A stretch of DNA of 64,000 nucleotides from positions 9,610,001-9,674,000 of the forward strand of contig NW_026262615.1 in assembly GCF_021869535.1 (NCBI RefSeq). Direction: 5' to 3'. This stretch comes from Mytilus californianus (lineage: Eukaryota). Position 1 is the stretch's first letter. Every line of letters starts with the position of its first letter. Positions 1 through 13,269 of the stretch are shown piece by piece. A model generated the notes under the pieces. It saw only the letters and a list, made by a program, of their open reading frames with translations, searched no databases and had not been told where the DNA came from. The position numbers and the translations under genes were made by a program.

Positions 1-1156
1 AGGCCAAAGGCTCCTGACTTGGGACAGGCGCAGAAATGCGGCGGGGCTAAACGTGTTTTGTGAGATCTCAACCCTCCCCCTATACCTCTAGCCAATGTGG
101 AATAAAGAAACACACAGCAATACGCACAGTAAAACTCAGTTTAAAAGACGTCCGAGTCCGATGTCAGAATAGGTAACAAAAGAAACTAAGCAAAATGACA
201 ATGATACATACATCAACAAAGGACTACTAGCAGTTACTGACATGCCAGCTCCAGACCTCAATTAAACTGATTGAAAGATTATGTCTTCATCATATGAAAA
301 TCAAGCACAATCCTTCCCGTTAGGGGTTTAGTATCATACTATCATAAAATATATGAGAAGAACATAACCCGTATCATGCCAACAACTGGTTTTAGAATAA
401 ATGTGTTTATTTTTGATGCAAAGACCCTATGAGTGAACCAAAACTAATACCAAAATAGGCCATACGTAATGACCTGACAACAGTATCGTAACTATATTCC
501 TTCTGAATAAGTCTGTTTAAAGGTTTGGTTAGCTTTTGAGGTGAATGCCGACATTGTTGTTATTTGTAAAGAATATTACCATACAAGATTTGATGTGCAA
601 TACCTGAATGTATAAGATGTCTGCATGTTGATTTATATTTACGAATGATGTCCTTGTACCGATGATAAAATTTACTAAATTTTTTTACTAGTTTGTGATA
701 TCGAAAACCCTGGTGTAATATTTTTTCAGTAATACAGAGATTTCTTTCTTTAAATCAAATACGTTGTTACATACATGAGCGAATCGAACAAGTTGAGGTA
801 TATAAACACCATAAGATTGTGACAAGGGAATGTCACCATCTAAAAATGGATAATTAACAATAGGAAATGAAAAATCATCTCTTTTATCATAAATGTTAGT
901 ATCAAGCTTCCCATTAAAGATATAGATATCAAGATCCAGGAAAGGACAGTGTTCATTGTTAGTATTAGCTTTATTTAAAATCAGTTCGGCAGGAAAAATC
1001 TCTTTAGTGTACATACTGAGGTCATTATTGAAAGCCAATATATCATCCAAATATCAAAAAGTGTTATTAAATTTTTGAATCAGATGTTGTTTCGACCGGT
1101 CTTTGCTAATTTTAGTCATAAATTGAAACTCATAGCAATACAGAAACAGGTCTGAT
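1..1156 (-). mobile_element. 5'-truncated, decayed Penelope-like (PLE, probably Naiad-type) retroelement: RT C-terminal half plus 3' non-coding region running off the window
   Basis: Minus strand reads ..DLFLYCYEFQFMTKISK..NNTF*YLDDILAFNND..IYDKRDDFSFPIVNYPFLDGDIPLSQSYGVYIPQLVRFA (ORF 688-1050). The RT F-R-Y-L-D-D motif has R replaced by TGA at 1054-1056. Bases 1-170 are the reverse complement of the repeat at 24408-24570. Confidence 0.75.
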
Positions 1157-1482
1157 GTATATATACATTTCAGGTATCAGTCATCCTTATAATTAAAGAA
1201 AAAGATAAGAATGAAAAACTTTTTATTATTTTATACCTAACACTTTCACTAAAATAGCTCATTTAATTTTTATAAAATATTGATAAAATAGTAACTTTGA
1301 CCTGTCGAGAAAAATAGAAATTTGTACCACACATTTTTAATACAGGAATAATTTCATTGGATATATTGCAGCTTGATTAAAACATTTAGTTGATTTTAAA
1401 AAGAGGTAACTCATTTAGGTGTTGTGTAAACTCCCCCTTTTTTAGTGTAAAGTAAAATCCATTATTGAAACAGTTTTCTTAC

Positions 1483-1676
<194 letters not shown>

Positions 1677-1698
1677 CTGCAAAAGATACATAGATATA

Positions 1699-1900
1699 GA
1701 AAGATGTGGTATGAGTGCCAATGAGACAACTCTCCATCCAAGTCACAATTTGCAAAAGTAAATCCTTATAGGTCATAATACGGTCTTCAACACGGAGCAT
1801 TGACTCACACCGAACAGCAAGCTATAAAGGGCCCTAGAAATGACTGGTGTAAAACCATTCAAACGGGAAAACCAACGGTCTAATCTATATAAAAAACGAG
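1699..1900 (+). repeat. Interspersed repeat family A fragment (aagatgtggtatgagtgccaatgagacaactctcc...), directly beside the pseudo-exon acceptor
   Basis: Same motif recurs at about 13946-14075, 49310-49580 and 33300-33590 (+) and at 18720-18965, 33775-34030 and 45780-46250 (-). Probably PLE terminal fragments. Confidence 0.75.
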
Positions 1901-2183
1901 AATCGAGATTCAAAACATATTTTTTTAAGTCTAAAGGTTGACATTATTTCGCCTTTCATGCAATTCGGAGCTTTTTAGGAATATCAAGTTTTCTTATCTG
2001 AAACTAACATTAAAAATATGATGAAAAAGAAATTAAATTCAGATATTGTTACACATGAAAGAGAGAGATGTTTAACAATTTTTGATGCTAAAAGACAAAC
2101 AAAGTAATGAAACACATTTTTTTATATACTATGCCACTACTTCCATTATTTTTGTACAAGGTGTACTATAAGAATGTTCTAAA

Positions 2184-2470
2184 AAGTAAAATAACAAACA
2201 TACTGAACACCATGGAAAATTCAAAACAGAAAGTCCCTTATCAAATGACAAAATCAAAATTTCATACACATCAAACGAATAGAAATCGACTGTCATATTC
2301 CTGACTTGGTACAGACATTCCCTTATGTAGGAGATGATGTACCAAGTCAGGAATATGAATGTTGTTGTCCATTCGTTTGATGTGTTTGTGCTTTTGATTT
2401 TGCCATTTGATTATGGGCTTTCCGTTTTGAATTTTCCTCGAAGTTTAGTATTTTGTGATTTAACTTTTTA
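2184..2470. repeat. Head-to-head inverted pair of repeat family B (about 130-bp arms, about 27-nt spacer)
   Basis: ctgtcatattcctgacttggtac (to 2311) faces gtaccaagtcaggaatatga (from 2339), and the arms stay complementary out to the aaagtaaaat / tttaactttt ends. Confidence 0.8.
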
Positions 2471-5400
2471 ACCTGGTTTTATAACATATAGGATAACAAA
2501 AAAATATTAAAAAATAGAATACCGAACTTCAGGGTAAATTCAATCAGAGAGAAGTCCAAAAAACCTAATAAAATCAATCACAAATAAATACGGAGCCCAC
2601 GTCATTATTGTGATAAGCATTTATAATTTCGAAATTGAAATCGCTTCGTTTTCACAAACTCTGGTACTGCGATGTTCGCTTCTGTCATGTTCGGGGTATA
2701 TGTCCAAAAACGGAAGATTTTACTTCCACATTTACCAAATTGTCAACAAAACATGCTAAATTGTAACAAAAAGGTTTTTTTAAATTTTTATCACTAAAGT
2801 ATAATATATTCGAATTTCATTCATTTCTCAACTCATACGATATTGAGGGGTATAAAGCGGAGTCTGAAGAAAAAATTATTAAGCCAGGTTTTTTTTTCAA
2901 AGAACGTGTTTTGTTGGCGTCTTTGTCAATAATTTTCCGATTAAATTTTATATTTTGTAAAGTCATCCATATTGCGTTCAACCTTCTTATTTGCCTTTCA
3001 TTTGTTCATATTATCATGATTGTTAACGTTGTTTCTGGTAATTTCTCTTATATTCCCATATTTGAAAAAAAAAATTCGTAAAGGACAAGTATACAACATG
3101 AACAAATTTGTATTCAAACTTTAACTGTTTTTAATGGAATGCATCCTTTAAACATTTTAATAAAAGTAATAATTTGTGTGCAATTTTATCAAATCATCAA
3201 CAGATCCCGGAATTGAGTCCAGGTTTATAACACCAAATATAACATGACGATGATAACCAGGTAGTAAAGCCATATTTGAATAGTAAAATACCTTTATTTT
3301 GTCTGTAGAGCATTGGAGTTGAAACAATTTAAATTTTGAATAAACATGAATTGATTCAATACAACAATGACAGATCATGTCATACATTTTCATTTATTAT
3401 TTACTGGTAGGTTTGCAGAATCATTATTCATTTGTTCTGGTTGCTAGGCTGCCTTATGCATTAATATTTTTGTTTTAAACTCTTTTGAACGTTTGAAGTT
3501 ATTGGATGTTGATGTTTTGATTTCTAGACTTGGTTATCAGGGAGCATGTACACAAAAGAAATTATAAGAAATACACACATTTTTCTTCATAAGGCTGTGA
3601 TTAATCTAATTTCGCTTTTAAAGTCTTAATGGACAAATTTAAAGGGAACCGTTAATCAAATCACATTCGGAAAAACTTCGTTCTTGGCCAGTTGTGGTTC
3701 CAGAATAAAAAACCAACGGAACATTTTTATATTTTTTTATTACTATAAATTACTTATTTCATATGCAAGTACAATCAATAATGTTATCCTTTCTTTATTC
3801 AATTCTTATTTTGTTTTAACGAGTTTTATAAATATACAGTGACCGTTTTAATGGAACTGAATACGTGTATCATTGGGAACATTGCCATTGATTTACACAT
3901 ATGCTTTGCAATACGTTCTATATCAGAATATACAAAATGATATGACAAAAAAAAAAAAAATATGTGGAAAATATTCTAAAAAGAAGACGATGATGCCACC
4001 TTTTTATCTTCTCCCTAGTTTTTCATATTAAAGAACCCTCGTAATATTCTATTTAAATTGATGAACAAGATCATTGGAGTTGCAGCACAACGAGAAGCAT
4101 AAGTTTGGTGTCAGTCTAAATTAAACATTTCTAGAAAAAGTACAATAAAACTCAAAAGTGTATATCACGAGGAAATATAATATGTCTTTTTCTTTTTTAG
4201 CCATGGTGTTGTCAGTTTATTTTCGACTTATGAGTTTGAATGTCCCTCTGGTACAAATGTGGTATCTTTCGCCTCTCTTTTATAGTGTACAGACCGATGA
4301 GTGATTTTTGTTCAAATTTAGCGATCTTCTAATCTCATAAAACGATAATATATCAAATCAAAGACACACGCAAAAACTTAGGTGATCACACTTACCAAAC
4401 AAAAACGAGACTGGGGACCCCACCTAGGTAAACGTCTCCAACTCTTCATGAATTTACACCATTTTTGACCAAAGTATTAAAAGAACTAAGGCTCAGATAG
4501 TCTGTTGTTTAAAAGAGTTGTATGAAAAGTTGAACAAGAAACTGTTCAGGATTTCAGTTGGAATATTTTTTGCTTTACAACAGCTTACTCAGGTATCGAT
4601 GATTTTATTGAGGACATATCATTGTTAATGAATGCCAGACATGATTTGACTTGGTAGATTTAAATGGGGTAATAACATTAGCTAATAGCACACAACTTGA
4701 GTAAAGAAATTGCAATTTTGCTGACCTAATTATGTTACGTTCGAGAAATTTTTACCAAACTGCAAATTGAACAAAGAAGACAAATTTTGACATACTCAGC
4801 AGCGAATCTATAGTAAATATGTTAAATACTGAGTAGTGATCTATGTGTTCAGCACAACAAACGTGTTACGCAGTTCACGTTTCAATGTGAAACCATGAAC
4901 AAACAATATTCGGATATAAACAGGACAGGAGTTTATTCAATTCATAAGCATGTTGCTGACATAAATGGACAACACCAGCGTACGGTTTAATCCGTTTCTA
5001 TGTATGTTGGCGTTTGTTTTTGTAGCAGTTCAGTGTGTCTGTTGTTTTGTTGTTTTCCTCTTAAATCTGATGTGTTTCCCTCGGTTTTGGTTTGTGAAAG
5101 GGGGTCGGTCTTGATCGGGACAGAAAACTGACAGAATAATGGAGTCAAATTCATTATTCAGAATTAATTTTCTCATTAAAATTCGTTCAGGCTTGTAATT
5201 ATGGTAATAATGGAGAGGAACGATTCTAAGGAGAAACAACACTTTACTCTTTGAGTTTGATTATTTGAAAATCGTATTTTGATAAGTACGGCAACAAATC
5301 AACAAAACGGATAAGAACGGGCTTCATTCAAAACCAAATATTGCCTTATTAAAATGTTGATGACAAATTCCTTCTTCAGATTTTATTTCCCTATTCAAAT

Positions 5401-6472
5401 TCGTTTGAGGAATTAATTACTGGACAAGAACGATTGAAAAAAGCGACAGTGTCTTGTAAACATGTGGATACACTTTCAATAGTCACACACAGATTTTATA
5501 TACATTTATTTCGGGAATTTTTTTTTAATTTATTATGCGCTCTATTGATGCATTTTCCTCTTTTTTTTACTATCAATGTTCAACCACACCTATGCATTCT
5601 TATATTATAGGACTTTCCTCGTACATGAAACAGGGGTTTTATCCAAAAAGGACGCCACGTTTTGCAATGAATAAGTTTTATATTATTTTTTTTTAGTTTT
5701 CAATTGAAATATATTGAATGGAAAATTCCCCGACTATAGACAAGACAAGACGTATACATGTACATATATGTAGACTTCATTTGGATGTGACATGTCTTTA
5801 AAATTAATACAGTTGAAATATTGTGGGAGGAGGGATAAAATTAAAGACTGAGAATGAAACTTTTTTCTGTTAACTATGTACCATAAATTTAGGTACATCT
5901 CTCTACGATTATTCTTTCTCTGAGTATATGCATGGCTTAGGTGAAAGAAAAGCAATTGATCTATACTCATGCAAATAACCCTTTCATTTATGAATTCTTA
6001 TAAACTGAATTAAAAGTAATCAAACGGAACTCAAACTATAGAAGATGTGGAATAAAATTCAATTTGACAGCAACCAAACGACAAAAACGCCATAGGTAAA
6101 TAAGATATGTCTTTGGGTAAAAGCCAATTTCTATTGTTTCACTGTTTTTATTTCAATTAGCGCAAACAAACACTTTTTCCAAATATATTTGTTCTAACAA
6201 AGCATCAAAGAAAAGATCAACAGCCCTTTTATCATTACAACGTAGCAACAAGGAGACATAATTTACCAGTTAAAGATTGGTTGGATCAATTTACAAGGTG
6301 ATCAGACATTACACAAGAAGAGCACGTGTCCCGTAAAAATGTTAATAACTTTAAATCTCTTAAGATTTTCGAACCAACTTTGAACATTTTTTTTTACAAT
6401 ATAATAATCAATCTCAATTTATGATCTTGGTGCATATTTAACCTTTCCATTTAAATCCTTAGTTTAGACGAC

Positions 6473-7730
6473 ACAGTACTATTGGCAGAAAGTGCTGATG
6501 ATTTACAGAAACAGCTGGATTCTTTCAGTGAATACTGTAATATTTGGAAGCTTAAAGTTAACTAAAGTGATGATTTTTTTCTAGAGGCAAAATGCCGTCA
6601 AATTTACAATTTTTATATAGCTATAGGCCGCACTGACATTGAAATTGTTAAAGAATTTAACTATTTGGGCATATTATTATCTAGAACTGGTAATACCAAA
6701 ATAGCACAGAAACACCTAGCAAAAAAAAAAAAGCCACAAAAGCTATGTTTTATGTGTTGAAATCAGGCTATAAAGTTGTGAAACCCATACTTTTGTATGG
6801 ATGGGAAATTTGGGGACATGGTAATGATGAAATTATAGAAAGAATCCAGCTGAAATTCTGTAAACTTCTTTTGAAACTGAAAAATTCCACACCTAGCTAT
6901 ATGGTATACGGAGAACTTGGTAAATATCCTTTAAATTAAAAATAGTATCTTATTGGTGTAAATTAGCATCTGCTAAAGAGACTAAGTTATCTTCTATCGC
7001 ATATACACTATTAAAAACACTATTTACTGTTAATAATGTATGTGTATTTTTTGTGAGTAAATTAAAAAATATATTGGATGAATGTGGTTTTTCAAATATT
7101 TGGATTTCTTAATGTTTTGGTAATGATATATGGTTAAAAAATGCACTAAAGTTGCGACTACAAGACCAATACAAACAGCTGTGGAATACACAATTTCAAG
7201 AGTCTACAAAATCAGTAAATTATAGAATTTTTAAGTTAGAATTACATTTTGAAAAATATTTCGATATCTTGAATATGCACGAAAGTATTATTTTATGTAG
7301 ATATAGAACCACAAACTACAGACTCTCAATAGAGACAGGGACGTGGAATAATGTTAATAGAAATGATAGAAAATGTCATCTTTGTAATATTGGTAGCATT
7401 GGAGACGAATTTCATTATCTACTAGAATGTCCATTTTTTAACGACAGTAGAAAATTATACCTTGATAAGTACTATTTGGCTCGTGTTAATACACTAAAGT
7501 TTAGAAAATTGATGAGCAAATTAAACAAAAAGTCAGCGCTAAAAAGATTATGTAAGCTTATAAAGTGTATAAATAAATATGTGGGTCCTCCTGGCTAAAA
7601 TGTATATTATTTGGAAACCACTGTATTGTATATATGTTTTGTAAATAGATGCATATTCATGTACATATTTTGCACACTCTCTGTACCTATGTATCTGCAA
7701 TGGTTATGGGAATAAAGATATTGGTATTGG
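6473..7730 (+). mobile_element. 5'-truncated, frameshifted non-LTR retrotransposon (RTE-X/CR1-group-like) ORF2 3' end
   Basis: DDTVLLAESADDLQKQLDSFSEYCNIWKLKVN..EFNYLG..PILLYGWEIWG..IERIQLKFCK..STPSYMVYGELGKYPL; then ORF 7152-7598 with RLSIETGTW..CHLC..GDEFHYLLECP (CCHC finger); ends in aataaa followed by a (tattgg)n-like tail. Confidence 0.85.
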
Positions 7731-10700
7731 TGTATATGAATTCGTCAAGCTTCAGTGGATTCAATCAACACTATGATAACTTGACACATTACACAAAAGT
7801 CGGCGCGTGCCATGTAAAATGTTAATAACTCTTTCATTTCTAAATATATTTACACCAAAATTTAAATATATGCTCTTTATTTACAACATTATCGTACTGA
7901 ATGACCTTGGTGCTTATATGACTGTTCCATCATGGGCTTAGTGCAGTTTCCAGAGCTGAGTGCACCAAGGCGGCCTAGGTGGTGTTTAGACGTACCGGGT
8001 AAATCAGTCTTCAACAAGAAACAGGTGTCTACACGAAATGCCAAGGTCTAAACGTCATGAGTTTATGTAAAATTCGTGAATACAATAAACAAAAACAATT
8101 ATATGAAAGAATCTAAATAATATAAATACTCATTATTTTACACATATTCGAGGGATCAAAAATAATCCATTCTACAAATTGCTGTTAAATGAAATATTTA
8201 AACCAATTTTACAAATATTTATACCCGCCTCTGTAAAATGTCACATTGACGGACCACTATAAAAACCTACAAAAATTGCCTAAACTTTTAATCTCAGACT
8301 AGACAGCGTGAAAGATCAATACACTATTGTAAGTGTACAAACGGCGTTTTAACAAACCGGTAAATAATAATGTTTTCGCCCGGGGATATGAATTTGACAT
8401 TAAACGTCCTTCAGTAACTTTACAATACCCAGCCGCGTCATTTCCGTATATTGAAGATGGAACATGTGACATATATACACCAGCAATACCAATACAGGTG
8501 AATTTTACCTTTTTGAAAGACTCCAAAGAGGGGGTGCATTGCATTTGCATTAATTTTGAAAAAATCCAATCTTTCATTTGCGCCAAAACAAATAAAAACT
8601 ACACTGGCGCCATTTCACAGGTAACATATAACGGAAAAGTTTTAAATATTCATTGTTACATAGTGAATAAGATGATCTTTTAAGTATTCCCCATGGATAA
8701 CTAATTTTAAAAAGTTCATACTTATTGTTTAAGATAAAACTGCGAGTCAGTTAGGTTTAAAATTATATTTACCTACCGTGCAAGGGCTGTATAGCCAGTC
8801 CAGGTCGTTAAAAACTTCCATATATTTGAAATTATATAGTGTTCGCATGTTTGAAGTGTCAAGATGGATGGGTCTGAGTAAAATCCGTTAGTTTTCTCAG
8901 AGTTTGATTATTTCATATTTTTCATGTTGGGACCGTTTTTAGCCAACTTAACGGAATGGTTTTTAGAAGGCCGTACGATTGTTTCTGGTGCACTTCGTCC
9001 ACTTCATTTGAACTTTACGGATAGTTGTTTCAAAAGCAATGATTATACCACATCTCCTTGTGTTTAAATAGAGGAAATTAGTCTGTAATTTTTATGACCA
9101 CACATATAGGTTATCCAGTATAAATAAGTACATCCGAGCCGTTGCCTACAAGTCTTGTGTTGGAACAAACTTTTGGTTTTACTCCAGTATATAGTCCTTT
9201 ATTTTCAGTGTTTATGAACTCGTTAAATTATAACAGAAATGTGTTTTAAAGTTATTTTTCAAAGTCTTTATTAAATAAAAACAAATTTTTATACTATTCA
9301 AAATTAAGAATGGAAATGGGGAATGTGTCAAAGAGACATCAACCGGACCACAGAGCGGAAAACAGCCGAAGGTCACCATTGGGTCTTCAACACAGCGAGA
9401 AAATCCTGAACCCGGAGGCGTGCTTCAGCTGGCCCCTAAACAGACAGCAAATGATGAATACAATTGTGGCTTATATTGTTTAATTATTTTTTTAAAGCAA
9501 AAGATTAATTGATTGTTGGTTGCTTAACGTCCAGTGGCAAACATTTCATGCATATTCAGGACGAGAAAACTTTTCAGAAAAATATTATGAAGTACTAGGT
9601 ATTACAAATGTTAAAAATTTCTCATCATTGACCTTTCAATAAAATTTTGTTTATGATATGGTCTTTCGTTGTATTTCTATTGTTATGAAGTCATGAAGTG
9701 TGTTAATTATATATTCTAACTTAGCATATATGTACAGTTTGTCATTTTAACATTATCGTTTCTTTTCGACTTGTGTATGGTAAAACATTATGCCTTTTTG
9801 TATGGCTGATTGTATATATTTATGTTGAACATTTTAAATTCAAGGCGATCTTGTAGCGAACGCACAACCCTATACTGTGTTTGGTTTTTTTTACGATATC
9901 TAGTTAAAAAAAAACTTTATTATCGGAAGGTGAAACGGGGGAGAAAATAATAGTTATTGGATACACATTAAGGGCGTTAACCAGAATGAGTGCGTATTAC
10001 TTACACCAAGATAAATTGAATATTGTCAATGCAGAATGACAAATTCAATAATTTAGAACAGGGAATTTCACTACTGACGGATTCCCTGTTAAGAAGAAGA
10101 TCTTTTAACAATTTGACAATATGCTATTGAAATGCATGATAAATGCAGGGTATCTAATTTACTTATCGATATCTTTGTGTAAAAAAAGATACAATTTTAG
10201 TAGATAGATAGAAAACAAAAACACATTTGCTTGCATAATCTTATCTAAAAATATTGAAAACTATCATAATTTATCGGTATTTTTTTAACATGATACACCA
10301 AAGCCGAATTTTGTATTTTTGCATTACACACTTGTACTGTTTGGATTAACGTATCAATTAGAAGGTAGGTGGGAAAGTCTCAAAAAAAGAATTAAAGGAC
10401 AAAACGCCATTATATGGTTTTTTGGATAATGTTTTTTTTTTTTTTTGGCAAATATTAAAAAAAAAGCTAAAACTTTTACATATACAATAATTTTAGGTAA
10501 ACACCTAGAGTTACAAATATACCAGCATACATTTTTGGTAGAAAAAAAAACATGCTATCCAAAATACTTCAGCAATGCCTAGCTCCATGCCTAAGAAATA
10601 TACATCTTTCTTAATGTTCACATTTATGTAACCTCCATTCGACAATGGGAAGGCACATTTGCCTCAGCTGTGAAATAAATTGATTTAAAACGACTTTATA

Positions 10701-11179
10701 CATATTTATTTCTGTCTTGTCAATATTTTAGCATAGAATATAATCAGAATATGGTATGTGTATAAAACATGTATACTGCTGTAATAAAAGTACTAGACAA
10801 TTTATACATGTAAATATATGCTACTTCCTACAGAATTTTGTTTTGTTTTTAGTTTTTAATTATTTTTTTGTCATTATCGTATATTTTTTTTAACCACTAA
10901 ATTTGCAGTTTTAACAATGTCGTCAATAGTGTTTAGAAAGAAGCTATTTTAAAATGTGTTAGAACCTTAAACTACACATACATGTACGGAGCTATGATAC
11001 CATGACAGGTGTACATATGATGTAACTGTGAAATACCCATTGTAATAGGCGACTTTCACGATCCCACACTTTTCAGATAAGACTAATTATAGAATATTCT
11101 TATCAATCGATAATGAGGCTGCATTGAAAACAATGGCATCAAACGTAAACAAAACGCTGAACTATTCTCTCGATAAATT

Positions 11180-13250
11180 ATGGGCCATGATTTGTTTGAA
11201 ATTGCGAGAAATTGTAAAATAAATAAACAAAATGTTACAGGCAACAAACAAATATTAGTAGCCCGATGTTATGCATTAAATCCCGTTATTGACGAAAGAA
11301 AAGATGCTACTTCCAGCTCTGGAGTCAATGACGAAAGTGTGAATGAAAACTCCGACGGTACTACTGCTGTAGACCCATTTCTTCAGTTAGAAACATTAAC
11401 GAAAATTAGTTTTAATGAACTAAATTTGACAGCAAGAGGTAGACAGTGGGAAACATATTTACGAATGTTTCGTCCCCTTAACTTTCACCAACTGTATGAG
11501 TATTTGGTTGTGCGAACACAAAATATGAAGAGGGAGTCATGAGTCAAGAAAATGAAATCTTATCAATTTTTTAAAAAAGGACATATTAAGACTTATGAAA
11601 TTGCTCGGGGATTCGAAAATGTGTGGGTAAAATCCAAAGTTGTGGCATCAATGAAACAGATGATGTTCAGAATCATTGTGGTAATAAAACTCCTCTCAAA
11701 TGCCTTTTTCTGAATAATTTCTGTTTCCAACAAGTGTAAACATTGTGACTGTAAAGGAGTTAAATTGTTGTCCCCTTAATACGGTCCAGATGAGTAGTTT
11801 TTTTTTTTTTGCTTCTGGTGAACATATTTTATTTCTTGCAAGTAACAAGAAAATCATTCAAATATTTTTGCACGTAGTACTGCTTAGCTATATTTGTAGA
11901 TTCAAACATAACTTACTCAATCTAAAAATTCCTGAAATATTGTCCACTGGATGCAATTAAACAATCCAATGTATGACTAAAGAGTGTGCATTTTTCATAA
12001 ATATGTATAAACACTCATTGTACATAGGTACAATTAATAACTACACATCTTGTATGTATCGGTTGCAGATCCAATGTTTGCTACCCTGATTGGACATGTT
12101 CAATACATTTAAAAAAATAACATGGAAAAAAAAATATACTGAAAAAAGTGCTACAGTATTCCATCAACATGTACATGTATATATGTATGCTTTTGTATGA
12201 AAATTCATACCAGACATCAGTAAACATATTACTTTTTTTCGACAAGACATGTATCTATGTTTTTTATTTGTATTGTTTCAGGCTAGGTATAAAAGGAGCA
12301 GGAAAATGCAACCATTTAGGAGGTTTGCTTTTTGCATTGAATGACTTTCATGAAAAAGGATTACATCAAAGAACTGAGAGGGTATCCTTTACATCAAAAC
12401 TAAATGGATGGATTGTACCAAGAAATTTAACTGTGAAACCAAAACCTCCGAAAGAAATGAAAGTTAAAAAGGTTCAATTTGGTAACCGACATCAGAAAGA
12501 CAAACTGTGAACCTTTAAGACCCTCGAGCACCACAGGACCGTACTCTTAACACATTTGCTTTAAGTAAACTTTACAGTGACCTTGAAAAACATGCTCCAA
12601 ACTCATCATTTTTCTTATACCATGATCCTCCTGCGTGTCATGATGAACCTGATTATTTTGACCATATTGAGAGTGTAGATGTTGCCCTTGAAACATCATT
12701 AAATGCTACTTGTACATGTACAATAAGTGATACAGTTCATGGAAAATCAGAAAATAAGGAAATTGATGACAAAATTGAAGTAGATGAGAACTTCATTGAT
12801 AACTTTGTGACATCTGTTATTGAAAATGGAAAAAATTAGTGATGATGAAATTAAACATACAGAAAAAATTACCCGAGGTCAATCTGAAAATATATTTTGG
12901 AAAAAACTACACCAATTCAAAGCAACTACTTCAAACTTTGGTCGCATTATTAAATGTTCAAAAAATCCAGATGGGTTGCTAAAAACTATGTTTTATAGTG
13001 AACCTTACAGTTTGGTATTAACATATGGAAAAGAAAATGAGTCTTTTGCCATAGAAGCATATATACTATATGAAAAGTCTCAAGGTATAGATGTGACTGT
13101 TGAATCAGTAGGTACTATTCTAAGCAAAGACAGACCTGGATTTGGGGCTATATGGTATGTGATCCTTCTAGTGACAAGGTCTTTTTATTTACATTTGATA
13201 CAAGTACATGTATGAAAAATGTAAGTACTGGATACATGTCTTAAGGGGGA
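11180..13250 (+). pseudogene. Decayed SWIM + YqaJ-like exonuclease gene of the transposon
   Basis: ..MKSYQFFKKGHIK..VWVKSKVVASMK..; GKCNHLGGLLFAL (SWIM C-x-H end); TEKITRGQSENIFWKK..TTSNFGRIIK..YGKENESFAIEAY..VESVGTILSKDRPGFGA (YqaJ motifs). Stops and frameshifts are present and it is truncated near 13250. Confidence 0.75.
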
Positions 13251-13269
13251 ACAAACAATCCTTTAAATG

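Noticed and set aside
1054-1056. Selenocysteine recoding of in-frame TGA (also 14550-14552), as reported for some Naiad elements
   Set aside because: The first TGA replaces Arg in F-R-Y-L-D-D and the second is not at a THAP zinc ligand; the surrounding frames are otherwise decayed and I saw no SECIS.
3157-3393. 78-aa minus-strand ORF and coding-looking sequence at 4400-4830 as possible host exons
   Set aside because: No recognisable motif, no convincing splice pair, and multiple stops in the 4.4-4.8 kb stretch.
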